12,256 bases of DNA. Origin: Promethearchaeota archaeon (GTDB lineage: Archaea; Asgardarchaeota; Lokiarchaeia; Sigyniarchaeales; SOKP01). The stretch spans positions 1-12,256 of the forward strand of contig JAEOTS010000142.1 in the NCBI GenBank assembly GCA_016839745.1, written 5' to 3'. Numbering within the stretch: position 1 is the stretch's first letter; the number at the start of each line of letters is the position of its first letter. The notes below the pieces were generated by a model that did no database searches, was not told the origin of the DNA, and saw only the letters and a list, made by a program, of their open reading frames with translations. The translations under genes and the position numbers were made by a program. Shown in pieces: positions 1 to 6,880 of the stretch.

Positions 1-1748
1 ACAATATCACCATCTCTTAAATTATATTTCTTGGCTGATACTCCTGGAGATTCATCATTAACTGAATAAAGCCAGTTTTTTTTAAGGTCATTAATACTTT
101 CTACAATAATTCCCCTCTCACCATAATCTGTGATTTCAACCTCACACCATTCGGATAATGCATCAAATGCTGTTGTATTGTAATCTGATAACGTAAAATT
201 TGCCCATGTCACTATTGTTCCATTTCCGTAATCAACTATTAGAGTTATGTCATTGACTTCTCTTAAAGGGGTATTTACTTCACCAACTTCTATACTAGAG
301 GTAAAAACGAAAAATGATGTAAAGCTAGCTATAGCTAATACTGAAATCAATATATATTTATTAAACTTCTTGAATCCTGGCTTGGACCTAGATGTAATAA
401 AAGATGTGGTAATTATAAGCATACTTATCGAAGCTATAATAATATAAGGAAGAATACTTAAGAATAAGTTCGGAGGTGGCCTAGCTTCTTCTCCTGTTGA
501 TTCCCATGGAGTGTAATCATCAATAGCCATTTCAAGTAAATAGTCCCCTATTGAGGTGTAAACCCAAAGTAATAGCCCCGTTCGTTTTTCATAAATAAGA
601 TTTGTATCTTGTTCTCCATCTGTTTGCTCAAATGCAATTTTAATTGTTAACGGTGTTTCTGCAATTGAAACTAAACCATTAGCGAATCCTGTTGCCTCCT
701 GTAATGCTAGTTTCTTCACCCTTGTCAAATTATCAATAATTTGTATAAGTAAACCTGGTTGGAAGTAGTTGTATCCTAGAGTAAAAGTCCAACCTAACTC
801 ACTATTGGATCTATTAGCTATTGTAAAGTTCGACGTTAAAATACCAGTTTTATTTTCTACTATTTCAATATCAAACCACGGAATAGGATCATCTATAACA
901 TTACCCCAATCATTTGGATCTTTATTATAATATCCCGTTAAATTAGCAATAATCTGTCCTCCGGGATTGGTATTCCAATCTCCCTCAAACCCTCCTGTTA
1001 AATTATACCAACCTGTAGCTCCACTAAATTCGATGATATTATAAATAAAATTATCCTCAAGGGTAAAATTTAGCGATTTAATCTCAAGTAGGTAACCTAA
1101 GACGCTACTCTTCGCCCAAACTAGCAATCCTGTCCATTTATCGTAGATAAAATAAGACTTTTGTTCTAATCCGCCAATTTGTTCAAAACCAATATAAAAG
1201 AAATTGTAACTTTCTTCAATATTTACATCTCCTTTACTATAGAATCCTCCGGGATCAGATTGGTTTAAAGCTAACTCCTTTATATATGTTAAATTTTCAT
1301 TTGGTATTAAAAATCCAGGTTGAAAATTGTTATATCCAAGAGTAAGAGCTCTCGCAACTTCACTATTAGATCTGTTATTTAAAGTAAAATTATTATTAAG
1401 AGTACCAAGATTATTCTGGTAGATTTCAATGTCATACCAAGGTATTGGATCACTAAAGACATTACCCCAATCATTCATATCCTTATTATAAAAATCTGTA
1501 AGATTGATTCGTATTTGCCCTCCAGGATTAGTCTTCCATTCACCTTCAAATCCAAATGTAAAATTATACCAGCCAGTTGAATCCCCGAAATGTACAACTT
1601 CATATACATAAGGCTTATTGAAATTGAGATTTGGGGAATAGGATTCCGAAATCGTTTGTTCAGCTTTTGTAAAGGGGATAGATCCCGAATGGAGTAATTG
1701 AATAAATAAAAAAAGCGAAATAAAGTATAACAGCTCCTTATTCTTCAT
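1..1748 (-). CDS. Membrane-anchored surface (glyco)protein: signal peptide + 2x ~185-aa repeat domain + 2 TM helices + C-terminal DUF4430/transcobalamin-like domain (3' end runs off the window)
   Basis: Hand translation from ATG 1748 is open for 582 codons to the window edge: MKNKELLYFISLFLFIQLLHSGSIPFTKA-EQT...; TM1 ILPYIIIASISMLIITTSFITS; basic loop RSKPGFKKFNK; TM2 YILISVLAIASFTSFFVFTSSI; C-terminus ITLIVDYGNGT...TTAFDAL...YGERGIIVESIN...NWLYSVNDESPGVSAKKYNLRDGDI matches the DUF4430 pattern (V.SI.G...W.Y.VN...P.vga..Y.L.DGD.I). Not in the ORF track because no stop codon lies inside the window. Confidence 0.88.
   Translation of the reverse strand, partial: MKNKELLYFISLFLFIQLLHSGSIPFTKAEQTISESYSPNLNFNKPYVYEVVHFGDSTGWYNFTFGFEGEWKTNPGGQIRINLTDFYNKDMNDWGNVFSDPIPWYDIEIYQNNLGTLNNNFTLNNRSNSEVARALTLGYNNFQPGFLIPNENLTYIKELALNQSDPGGFYSKGDVNIEESYNFFYIGFEQIGGLEQKSYFIYDKWTGLLVWAKSSVLGYLLEIKSLNFTLEDNFIYNIIEFSGATGWYNLTGGFEGDWNTNPGGQIIANLTGYYNKDPNDWGNVIDDPIPWFDIEIVENKTGILTSNFTIANRSNSELGWTFTLGYNYFQPGLLIQIIDNLTRVKKLALQEATGFANGLVSIAETPLTIKIAFEQTDGEQDTNLIYEKRTGLLLWVYTSIGDYLLEMAIDDYTPWESTGEEARPPPNLFLSILPYIIIASISMLIITTSFITSRSKPGFKKFNKYILISVLAIASFTSFFVFTSSIEVGEVNTPLREVNDITLIVDYGNGTIVTWANFTLSDYNTTAFDALSEWCEVEITDYGERGIIVESINDLKKNWLYSVNDESPGVSAKKYNLRDGDI
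513..1610 (-). repeat. Intragenic tandem domain duplication (copy 1 ~1610-1065, copy 2 ~1049-513)
   Basis: aa 47-148 and aa 234-335 align without gaps (offset 187 codons/561 nt), about 65/102 identical by hand count (TGWYN, GFEG.W.TNPGGQI, YNKD.NDWGNV..DPIPW.DIEI, NRSNSE, TLGYN.FQPG). The C-terminal halves share FEQ..G, IY(D/E)K.TGLL.W and YLLE. Confidence 0.95.
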
Positions 1749-1777
1749 AGAATCAATCTTTTTATATTAAATTTTTT

Positions 1778-1820
1778 TAGGAAACTTGTGCTAGGATAGC
1801 TTTCCTATATATTTAAATAT
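1778..1820. promoter_or_regulatory. Candidate divergent promoter/operator: inverted repeat TAGGAAA-N16-TTTCCTA plus palindromic TATA-like ATATTTAAATAT
   Basis: TAGGAAA at 1778-1784 and TTTCCTA at 1801-1807, with inner GCTA-gga-TAGC at 1790-1800. A perfect 12-bp palindrome at 1809-1820 gives TTTAAATA on both strands, near the middle of the 135-bp gap between divergent genes. Confidence 0.4.
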
Positions 1821-1883
1821 TGTGAAAAATTCTGATCCTAAACATATAGAGTTAAAAATAAGTTAATTGAAGATAATAAAAGT

Positions 1884-2546
1884 ATGATTCTCATTGCAAA
1901 ACCAACTAAAGATGTAAGTAAATCCCAAATTTTAGTAGAAAAAAATTCTGAGAAAATAGAAACTGAAAAACTTAATAGTTCGGTGTGGTTAGAAAGAAAA
2001 ACATTTCGGATTGCACTTATTGGCACATTTACGGCTTTATCTATTGTTCTAGGGTATTTAATGGCATATATACCCAATCTCGAGGTTTTTACTATGATGA
2101 TCTTCTTATCGGGCTTCATTATGAACAAAAAAGAAGGAGCTATAATTGGTTTATTGAGTGCATCCATTTTTACTTTTTTCAATCCGTTAGGACCTTCTCC
2201 TCCACCACTTTTCATATACCAGTTAATTCATTATTCGTTAACAGGAATTTTAGGCGGACTCACGAAAGATTTCTTACGAAACAAGCAGTATTTTAAACCG
2301 ACAGAGGATTTGTATATTTTTCGAATAATGTTGTTGTTTGGATTCTTAGGAGCTATTATTACATTTATATTCGATATATTGAGCACTTTATTTGGTGGAT
2401 TTGTAGTTTCTATTACAATCGAGTATTTTATAGCAACATATTTATTTGGTATAGTGTTTACTACAATCCATTTAATAGGAAACATTTTAATTTTTGTATT
2501 TCTTTTGCCTGGATTAATTCAGCTAATTATGAAATTAATAGATTAA
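1884..2546 (+). CDS. ECF transporter S-component, CbrT-like (putative cobalamin/corrinoid-specific)
   Basis: 220 aa with about 6 hydrophobic helices. Helix 1 IALIGTFTAL carries the small-xxx-Ala S-component motif. IPN loop 1, Q...Y in helix 4, and last-helix GIVFTTIHLIGN resemble the CbrT G..F...H..GN pattern. About 35-aa hydrophilic N-terminal leader; exact start uncertain. Confidence 0.8.
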   Translation: MILIAKPTKDVSKSQILVEKNSEKIETEKLNSSVWLERKTFRIALIGTFTALSIVLGYLMAYIPNLEVFTMMIFLSGFIMNKKEGAIIGLLSASIFTFFNPLGPSPPPLFIYQLIHYSLTGILGGLTKDFLRNKQYFKPTEDLYIFRIMLLFGFLGAIITFIFDILSTLFGGFVVSITIEYFIATYLFGIVFTTIHLIGNILIFVFLLPGLIQLIMKLID

Positions 2547-2597
2547 GCCTTGTAAAAATAGGGATACAAAATAAGTTAGAAAATTAGATAAGTGTAT

Positions 2598-3080
2598 TTA
2601 ATTTGCTTCCGAAAGGAGTGTAACTTTGCCGCCCGCGGATTCAATTTTTTCAATTGCTCGTTTTGAAGCTTTATCAACTGTTAGATTGATCTTTTTGTTA
2701 ATTACTCCACGACCTAAGATTTTTTGGATGTTAATATCTTTTAAATTGATAGTGTAAGTATTTCCTGTCTTAGTAGCAACATTTTTTAGCGTGAGGTCTT
2801 CAATTTTTGAATCTAAATCTTTTAGGTTTAGCGCGTTTACGCGGTAGATTCGGTTAATGTCTTGGGGTCTCTTAAAACCTCGTTTTCCGAAATCCCAATC
2901 TGGATCTGGGAATCCAAGTTCTTTTTGTTTGAGATAATAGGATTTTTTGCTTTTCTTCCATTGGGTTGTTTTTCCTTTTCCAGCTCTTTGACCCGCCTTT
3001 CGGTGTTGACCAACTTTTCCATACCCTTGCGTACGAGTTCCTCTCATTTTTCGAATTCTTTTAGGAAATTTTCGCGTAAT
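2598..3080 (-). CDS. rpl15: 50S ribosomal protein uL15 (probable ATT start at 3080; track start 3047)
   Basis: KMRGTRTQGYGKVGQHRKAG, FGKRGF, KILGRG and ASKRAIEKIESAGGKV motifs. The frame extends upstream as (I)TRKFPKRIRK to an in-frame TGA at 3089-3087. SD GGTGA at 3091-3087 lies 6 nt before ATT. Confidence 0.93.
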   Translation of the reverse strand: MTRKFPKRIRKMRGTRTQGYGKVGQHRKAGQRAGKGKTTQWKKSKKSYYLKQKELGFPDPDWDFGKRGFKRPQDINRIYRVNALNLKDLDSKIEDLTLKNVATKTGNTYTINLKDINIQKILGRGVINKKINLTVDKASKRAIEKIESAGGKVTLLSEAN

Positions 3081-3098
3081 ATCATATCACCATTCTAT

Positions 3099-3632
3099 TT
3101 ATATCATTTTATGAATTAATTCGTTAATAAACTGATGTACATAGCCCAGAGTTCCGCCTTCATTGTAATGTTTTTTTATCGTTCCACGGTGTCCTTTTCT
3201 TGGGGGATGTAACCGAAAAACTGGCTTTATTTTATACACATCCGAAGTTCTATATTGAATTTCTCCGGATATTAAAGCTTTGGAAAACTCTTTTAAATTC
3301 TTGTATTTAGTCAGATTTTTGATATGTTCATCTGTGAGTGGTTTGTTACCTTCAACTTTTCCTCTCGCTCTTAATAATCTTAATAGAACCTTCTCATCGA
3401 TTTCCCCATAAGCTATATAATCTTTACATTTATTAAGCATACCCAAATAGCTTATTTCTCCCCATATAAGGACTCCATGATTAACTTTATGCATCCTTAA
3501 CATTTTTAACGTGTCTAAAATTGTGCGCTTCATCCCCGGAGCACCTCTTATACGAACTGCAAAGTATAGCGCAGGGGGTTTGGATACTTTCATTTTGGGT
3601 TTTTTTCTTACAACTACATTATTTTCAGCCAT
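3099..3632 (-). CDS. rpl30: 50S ribosomal protein uL30 (archaeal long form)
   Basis: AVRIRG, TLKMLRMHKVNH, YIAYGE, KPVFRLHPPRKG, GGTLGY. ATG 3632 fits the spacing from SD GGTG (3642-3639) better than the track's GTG at 3644. Confidence 0.95.
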   Translation of the reverse strand: MAENNVVVRKKPKMKVSKPPALYFAVRIRGAPGMKRTILDTLKMLRMHKVNHGVLIWGEISYLGMLNKCKDYIAYGEIDEKVLLRLLRARGKVEGNKPLTDEHIKNLTKYKNLKEFSKALISGEIQYRTSDVYKIKPVFRLHPPRKGHRGTIKKHYNEGGTLGYVHQFINELIHKMI

Positions 3633-3651
3633 CATATACACCACTCATCGT

Positions 3652-4284
3652 TTATAAGTTGAAATTAAATTTGTGAGCATTTTTAAGAGCATTGAAAGTA
3701 GCTTTTACAAGGTTCTCGCTTGTTCTGGTGTCACCGAAGGTTTTGCTCCATACATCTTCAATCCCCGCTAATTTCAATACTTGTTTTACTTTATCAGCAC
3801 ACGCTAATCCAACTCCTTGCGGAGCAGGAATCAAGCGTATTTTGACAGAACCACATTTTCCATCTACTTTAAATGGTACACTGTGAGTATGGCCGCAACC
3901 GCATTCTTTACTACCACACCCTCTAAGAACAGGAACCACGGAAAGCTTGGCTTTGTCAATTGCTTTTCTTATTGCAGGTCCTACTTCTCGTGATTTTGCT
4001 GAACCAACACCAATAAAACCATCAGCTCCAACGATAACGACTGCTTTAAATCTAGATCGTTGACCGCTAGCGGTCATTTGTTGTACCATGTTAATTGTAA
4101 CGACGCTTTCCTGAAGTTGTGGAAGGAGAACATTAATGATTTCTTTTTCTTTGACTACAAGATTATTAGCGAATATTTTGTCTAAAGTGATTAATCCTTG
4201 TTGAACTAATTCACCTAATCGCGTGGAAGGAATCCAGCCTTCATCAGGATTTCTTTGACTTCTTTGATTTCTTTGTCGACTCAT
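3652..4284 (-). CDS. rps5: 30S ribosomal protein uS5
   Basis: WIPSTRLGELV, GQRSRFKAVVIVG, RGCGSKECGCGHTHSVPFKV, LIPAPQGVGL, AGIEDVWS. Confidence 0.98.
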   Translation of the reverse strand: MSRQRNQRSQRNPDEGWIPSTRLGELVQQGLITLDKIFANNLVVKEKEIINVLLPQLQESVVTINMVQQMTASGQRSRFKAVVIVGADGFIGVGSAKSREVGPAIRKAIDKAKLSVVPVLRGCGSKECGCGHTHSVPFKVDGKCGSVKIRLIPAPQGVGLACADKVKQVLKLAGIEDVWSKTFGDTRTSENLVKATFNALKNAHKFNFNL

Positions 4285-4296
4285 TTTAATTCACTT

Positions 4297-4890
4297 TTAT
4301 GTACTACTCTCAATTTTTTTGAATGTATTAGAAACCATTTGACTAATTTTTTGTGGATTAATATTATTTTTTTTTAGATAACTTGAGAAAACTTGTTCAT
4401 ATTTTTCAGGATTCTCACTTTTTAAAAGACTTGCATATTGTTCTATATGAGAACCTTTTATTGTTTCCTCTATATTGCTTGGAAAGAAATCTTCGTTGTG
4501 GGGGATATCAATTCCTGATTGCACTATACCTTTAAAAGCCGCAAGCACTCGGTTTCTGTGATAAAATATACCTAAATCAAGGATGGCATCTTGCACATTC
4601 TGTTTTTTTGCCCTTATACCTGCTAAAAATCCGGTTAAATATGCGGCTGGAATATTTCCTGTGTTAGCATTCCACCCAAATTTAGAAACTAATTCCTTAG
4701 AATGAGCAGAGACAATAACTTTATCGCCACCAATTTTAGATTGAATAATTTGTACAATAGTATGATTATTTGAAGCCCTAATTACAGCTCTTAGTTTTTT
4801 TGATTTTAATAATTTCATTCTCTTATGATAATTCGTCTTACCTTCAGCTCTCCTTCTGAAAGGTCTTCGGTATCTTGGTCCTTTTGCCAC
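4297..4890 (-). CDS. rpl18: 50S ribosomal protein uL18
   Basis: MAKGPRYRRPFRRRAEGKTNYHKR, GNIPAAYLTG, AILDLG; GTG start. Confidence 0.98.
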   Translation of the reverse strand: MAKGPRYRRPFRRRAEGKTNYHKRMKLLKSKKLRAVIRASNNHTIVQIIQSKIGGDKVIVSAHSKELVSKFGWNANTGNIPAAYLTGFLAGIRAKKQNVQDAILDLGIFYHRNRVLAAFKGIVQSGIDIPHNEDFFPSNIEETIKGSHIEQYASLLKSENPEKYEQVFSSYLKKNNINPQKISQMVSNTFKKIESST

Positions 4891-4893
4891 TTT

Positions 4894-5349
4894 CTATCTA
4901 CCTCTCCTTACTAATTCCTTTTCTTTAATATGCCGATTCATCTGAGCAACACTGTTAAACATCCCGCCTTTAGCGTTTTTGTATAGCTTCCTATAAGTCG
5001 CTGTGGTAATTAATTTCCGATCCCTTAACTTTTTAAGTTCTCGTCTTTGCGGACGAATTCGATTCATCCACATTTTTTTCTTTGGCAATCGAGCATGTTT
5101 AGTTCCCTTTCTTTTTCCTAATCCTCTAGCTCTACCTTTCTTCTTGCGCTCATGTCGTACATTTTTTCTATATTTTGAGTTTCCTTTTTTGTATTTTTTT
5201 ATTATTATGCCTTCTTTTACTAAATTGCGGACATCCTCTCGAGTAATTGCCATTTTGATCTCATCAATTAGATAGGGATCGAAGTAGACTCGATTTTCCC
5301 CACATTTTAATATTTCCGCTGCCATTCTTTTTTGGGCTTTTAAACTCAT
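4894..5349 (-). CDS. rpl19e: 50S ribosomal protein eL19
   Basis: MSLKAQKRMAAEILKCGENRV, AITREDVRNLV, GKRKGTKHAR, YRKLYKNAKGGMF. Confidence 0.98.
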   Translation of the reverse strand: MSLKAQKRMAAEILKCGENRVYFDPYLIDEIKMAITREDVRNLVKEGIIIKKYKKGNSKYRKNVRHERKKKGRARGLGKRKGTKHARLPKKKMWMNRIRPQRRELKKLRDRKLITTATYRKLYKNAKGGMFNSVAQMNRHIKEKELVRRGR

Positions 5350-5387
5350 CCATTATCACTTTATGTCTTAATTTATAACGATTTTTT

Positions 5388-5852
5388 TTAGTCCTCATCT
5401 TCTAGCAGATCTTCATCTTCTAAATCTTCTATAGAAGATACTAATGCTGCTTCCAAACTCTCTAATTCTCTTTGTGAGATTCCTAAATTTAGGACTTTAA
5501 ATCCTCTACTTTGAGCGTAATCAATTACACTTATTCTTTTCTTTACGCCTAGTTTTGTTGATACTTTAATAGCGTGTTTTTTATTATTTAGACCTTTCAA
5601 ATCATTTATATTATGAACTCTTACCTCTTCGTATCCCGAAGGATGTAATCCTCTCACTTTTTTAGGGCCTCTATATCCAACTGAAGGAGATTTAACTCCG
5701 GATTTAGACTTTATCCTAGTTCGTGAATCAATCCCTCTTGCTTTTCTCCACGAATCCTTTACTCTTACGTATCTCCAAGATTCAACACGTCTAAAAGAGG
5801 GTCGTTTTTTCTTGATTTTTTTCCGAAGTTCTATCATTCTTTTTTGTTCCAT
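5388..5852 (-). CDS. rpl32e: 50S ribosomal protein eL32 with acidic C-terminal tail
   Basis: KKKRPSFRR, WRKARGIDSR, VGYRGPKKVRGLHPSGYEEV; SD GAGGT upstream. Confidence 0.97.
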   Translation of the reverse strand: MEQKRMIELRKKIKKKRPSFRRVESWRYVRVKDSWRKARGIDSRTRIKSKSGVKSPSVGYRGPKKVRGLHPSGYEEVRVHNINDLKGLNNKKHAIKVSTKLGVKKRISVIDYAQSRGFKVLNLGISQRELESLEAALVSSIEDLEDEDLLEDED

Positions 5853-5867
5853 TATTATAACCTCAAT

Positions 5868-6446
5868 TTATTTTATTTCCCAGGTAATTTCTTCTCCATT
5901 CTGAATTTTGTAGAGGTACACTCCGTCTTGAAAAACTCTTGGGTCTTTTTTTCTAATTCTACATGCTTTCTTTATATTTGCGGCCGTTTGCCCTAAAGTT
6001 TCTTTATCAGGACCAATTAAAATAACATCTTCACCATCGATTTTAACTTCTACATTTTCTAAATATTTGGTGACGCGAGGAGCTCTTTCTCCTAGAAAAT
6101 TTACAATATGAATTTCTTTTTTATCGGGTATCACTTCTACGGTGCATGGAAAATGACTATAACATACTTTACATATGTATTTATAATTTGTTTGAACACC
6201 ACTTATTAAATTTTTAATTAAATTTATAATAGTCTTAACCAACGCGAGCGTTCCGCTTTTTGGGAAGTGCGTGGTAAAGATCATTTTATTCCCTTCAATT
6301 TCTACCTTAATACCTCTCACGTGCGAAAAATCTTTTGTGATTTTTCCATTTGGTCCACTTACAGTAATATGATGATTTCCATCAAGTGTAACTGTAACTC
6401 CTTTCGGAATTTCCATTTCTTCTTTAAAAAATGCTACTTTTACCAT
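5868..6446 (-). CDS. rpl6: 50S ribosomal protein uL6
   Basis: EIPKGVTV, VSGPNG, YSHFP, NFLGERAPR, GQTAANI, KDPRVFQDGVY. Confidence 0.98.
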   Translation of the reverse strand: MVKVAFFKEEMEIPKGVTVTLDGNHHITVSGPNGKITKDFSHVRGIKVEIEGNKMIFTTHFPKSGTLALVKTIINLIKNLISGVQTNYKYICKVCYSHFPCTVEVIPDKKEIHIVNFLGERAPRVTKYLENVEVKIDGEDVILIGPDKETLGQTAANIKKACRIRKKDPRVFQDGVYLYKIQNGEEITWEIK

Positions 6447-6468
6447 TTATCATTACCTTTATTTAAAA

Positions 6469-6852
6469 TCAATAAATATAACATAGAGTCATTCCACCGA
6501 TATTTTTTTCTTCTGCTTCCTTAACGGTCATAATACCTTGATTTGTTGTAAGCACGATTATTCCTAAACCCGGTGCTGGTAGTAGTTTTCTTTCAAGCGA
6601 TTCAAATTGAGAAATGTTGTAATTAAGCCTCATTAAACCAGAGCAATGATTAATTTTGCCTAACAACGCTATTTTGAACTTACCTTGCCTACCATCGTCA
6701 TACCTTTCAAATTCCCCGATATATGCGTGTTGTTGGAAGATCCGAAGAACCATTTGATTTAATTTCGAAGCTGGGCTAATTATAACTTCTTTTTTTCGTG
6801 CTTTTTCTGCGTTCTTAAGGTCGTTACACATATCCGCCAGTGTATTTGTTAT
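6469..6852 (-). CDS. rps8: 30S ribosomal protein uS8 (probable ATA start at 6852; track start 6831)
   Basis: KNAEKARKKEVIISPASKL, YIGEFE, DDGRQGK, LLPA, IIVLTTNQGIMT, GGMTLCYIY. The upstream in-frame (I)TNTLAD corresponds to the conserved uS8 N-terminal xxLAD helix. An in-frame TAA sits at 6858-6856 and SD GAGGTG at 6864-6859. Confidence 0.95.
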   Translation of the reverse strand: MTNTLADMCNDLKNAEKARKKEVIISPASKLNQMVLRIFQQHAYIGEFERYDDGRQGKFKIALLGKINHCSGLMRLNYNISQFESLERKLLPAPGLGIIVLTTNQGIMTVKEAEEKNIGGMTLCYIY

Positions 6853-6880
6853 TTTTTACACCTCATATCTAATTTCAATA

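Noticed and set aside
247-447. Plus-strand 66-aa ORF from the track
   Set aside because: Antisense shadow of the TM region of the long minus-strand surface-protein gene.
513-1610. Repeat pair as DGR template/variable repeats, CRISPR array or assembly artefact
   Set aside because: Both copies are in frame within one ORF. Differences involve all four bases and are often synonymous rather than adenine-specific. There is no reverse transcriptase and no repeat-spacer periodicity.
1749-1883. Cobalamin riboswitch upstream of the putative B12 genes
   Set aside because: The spacer is only 135 bp and very AT-rich, with no B12-box or multi-stem core visible.
1838-2485. Track ORFs 1838-2215(-), 1985-2296(+) and 2231-2485(-)
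   Set aside because: They overlap the S-component gene antisense or out of frame and show no recognisable motifs.
2550-2569. TTGTA...TACAA hairpin between the convergent genes
   Set aside because: A 5-bp AT-rich stem with a 10-nt loop is too weak to call as a terminator.
3880-3920. Cys/His cluster in uS5 (CGSKECGCGHTH); similar clusters in uS17 and uS14
   Set aside because: These are ordinary conserved features of archaeal uS5, uS17 and uS14.
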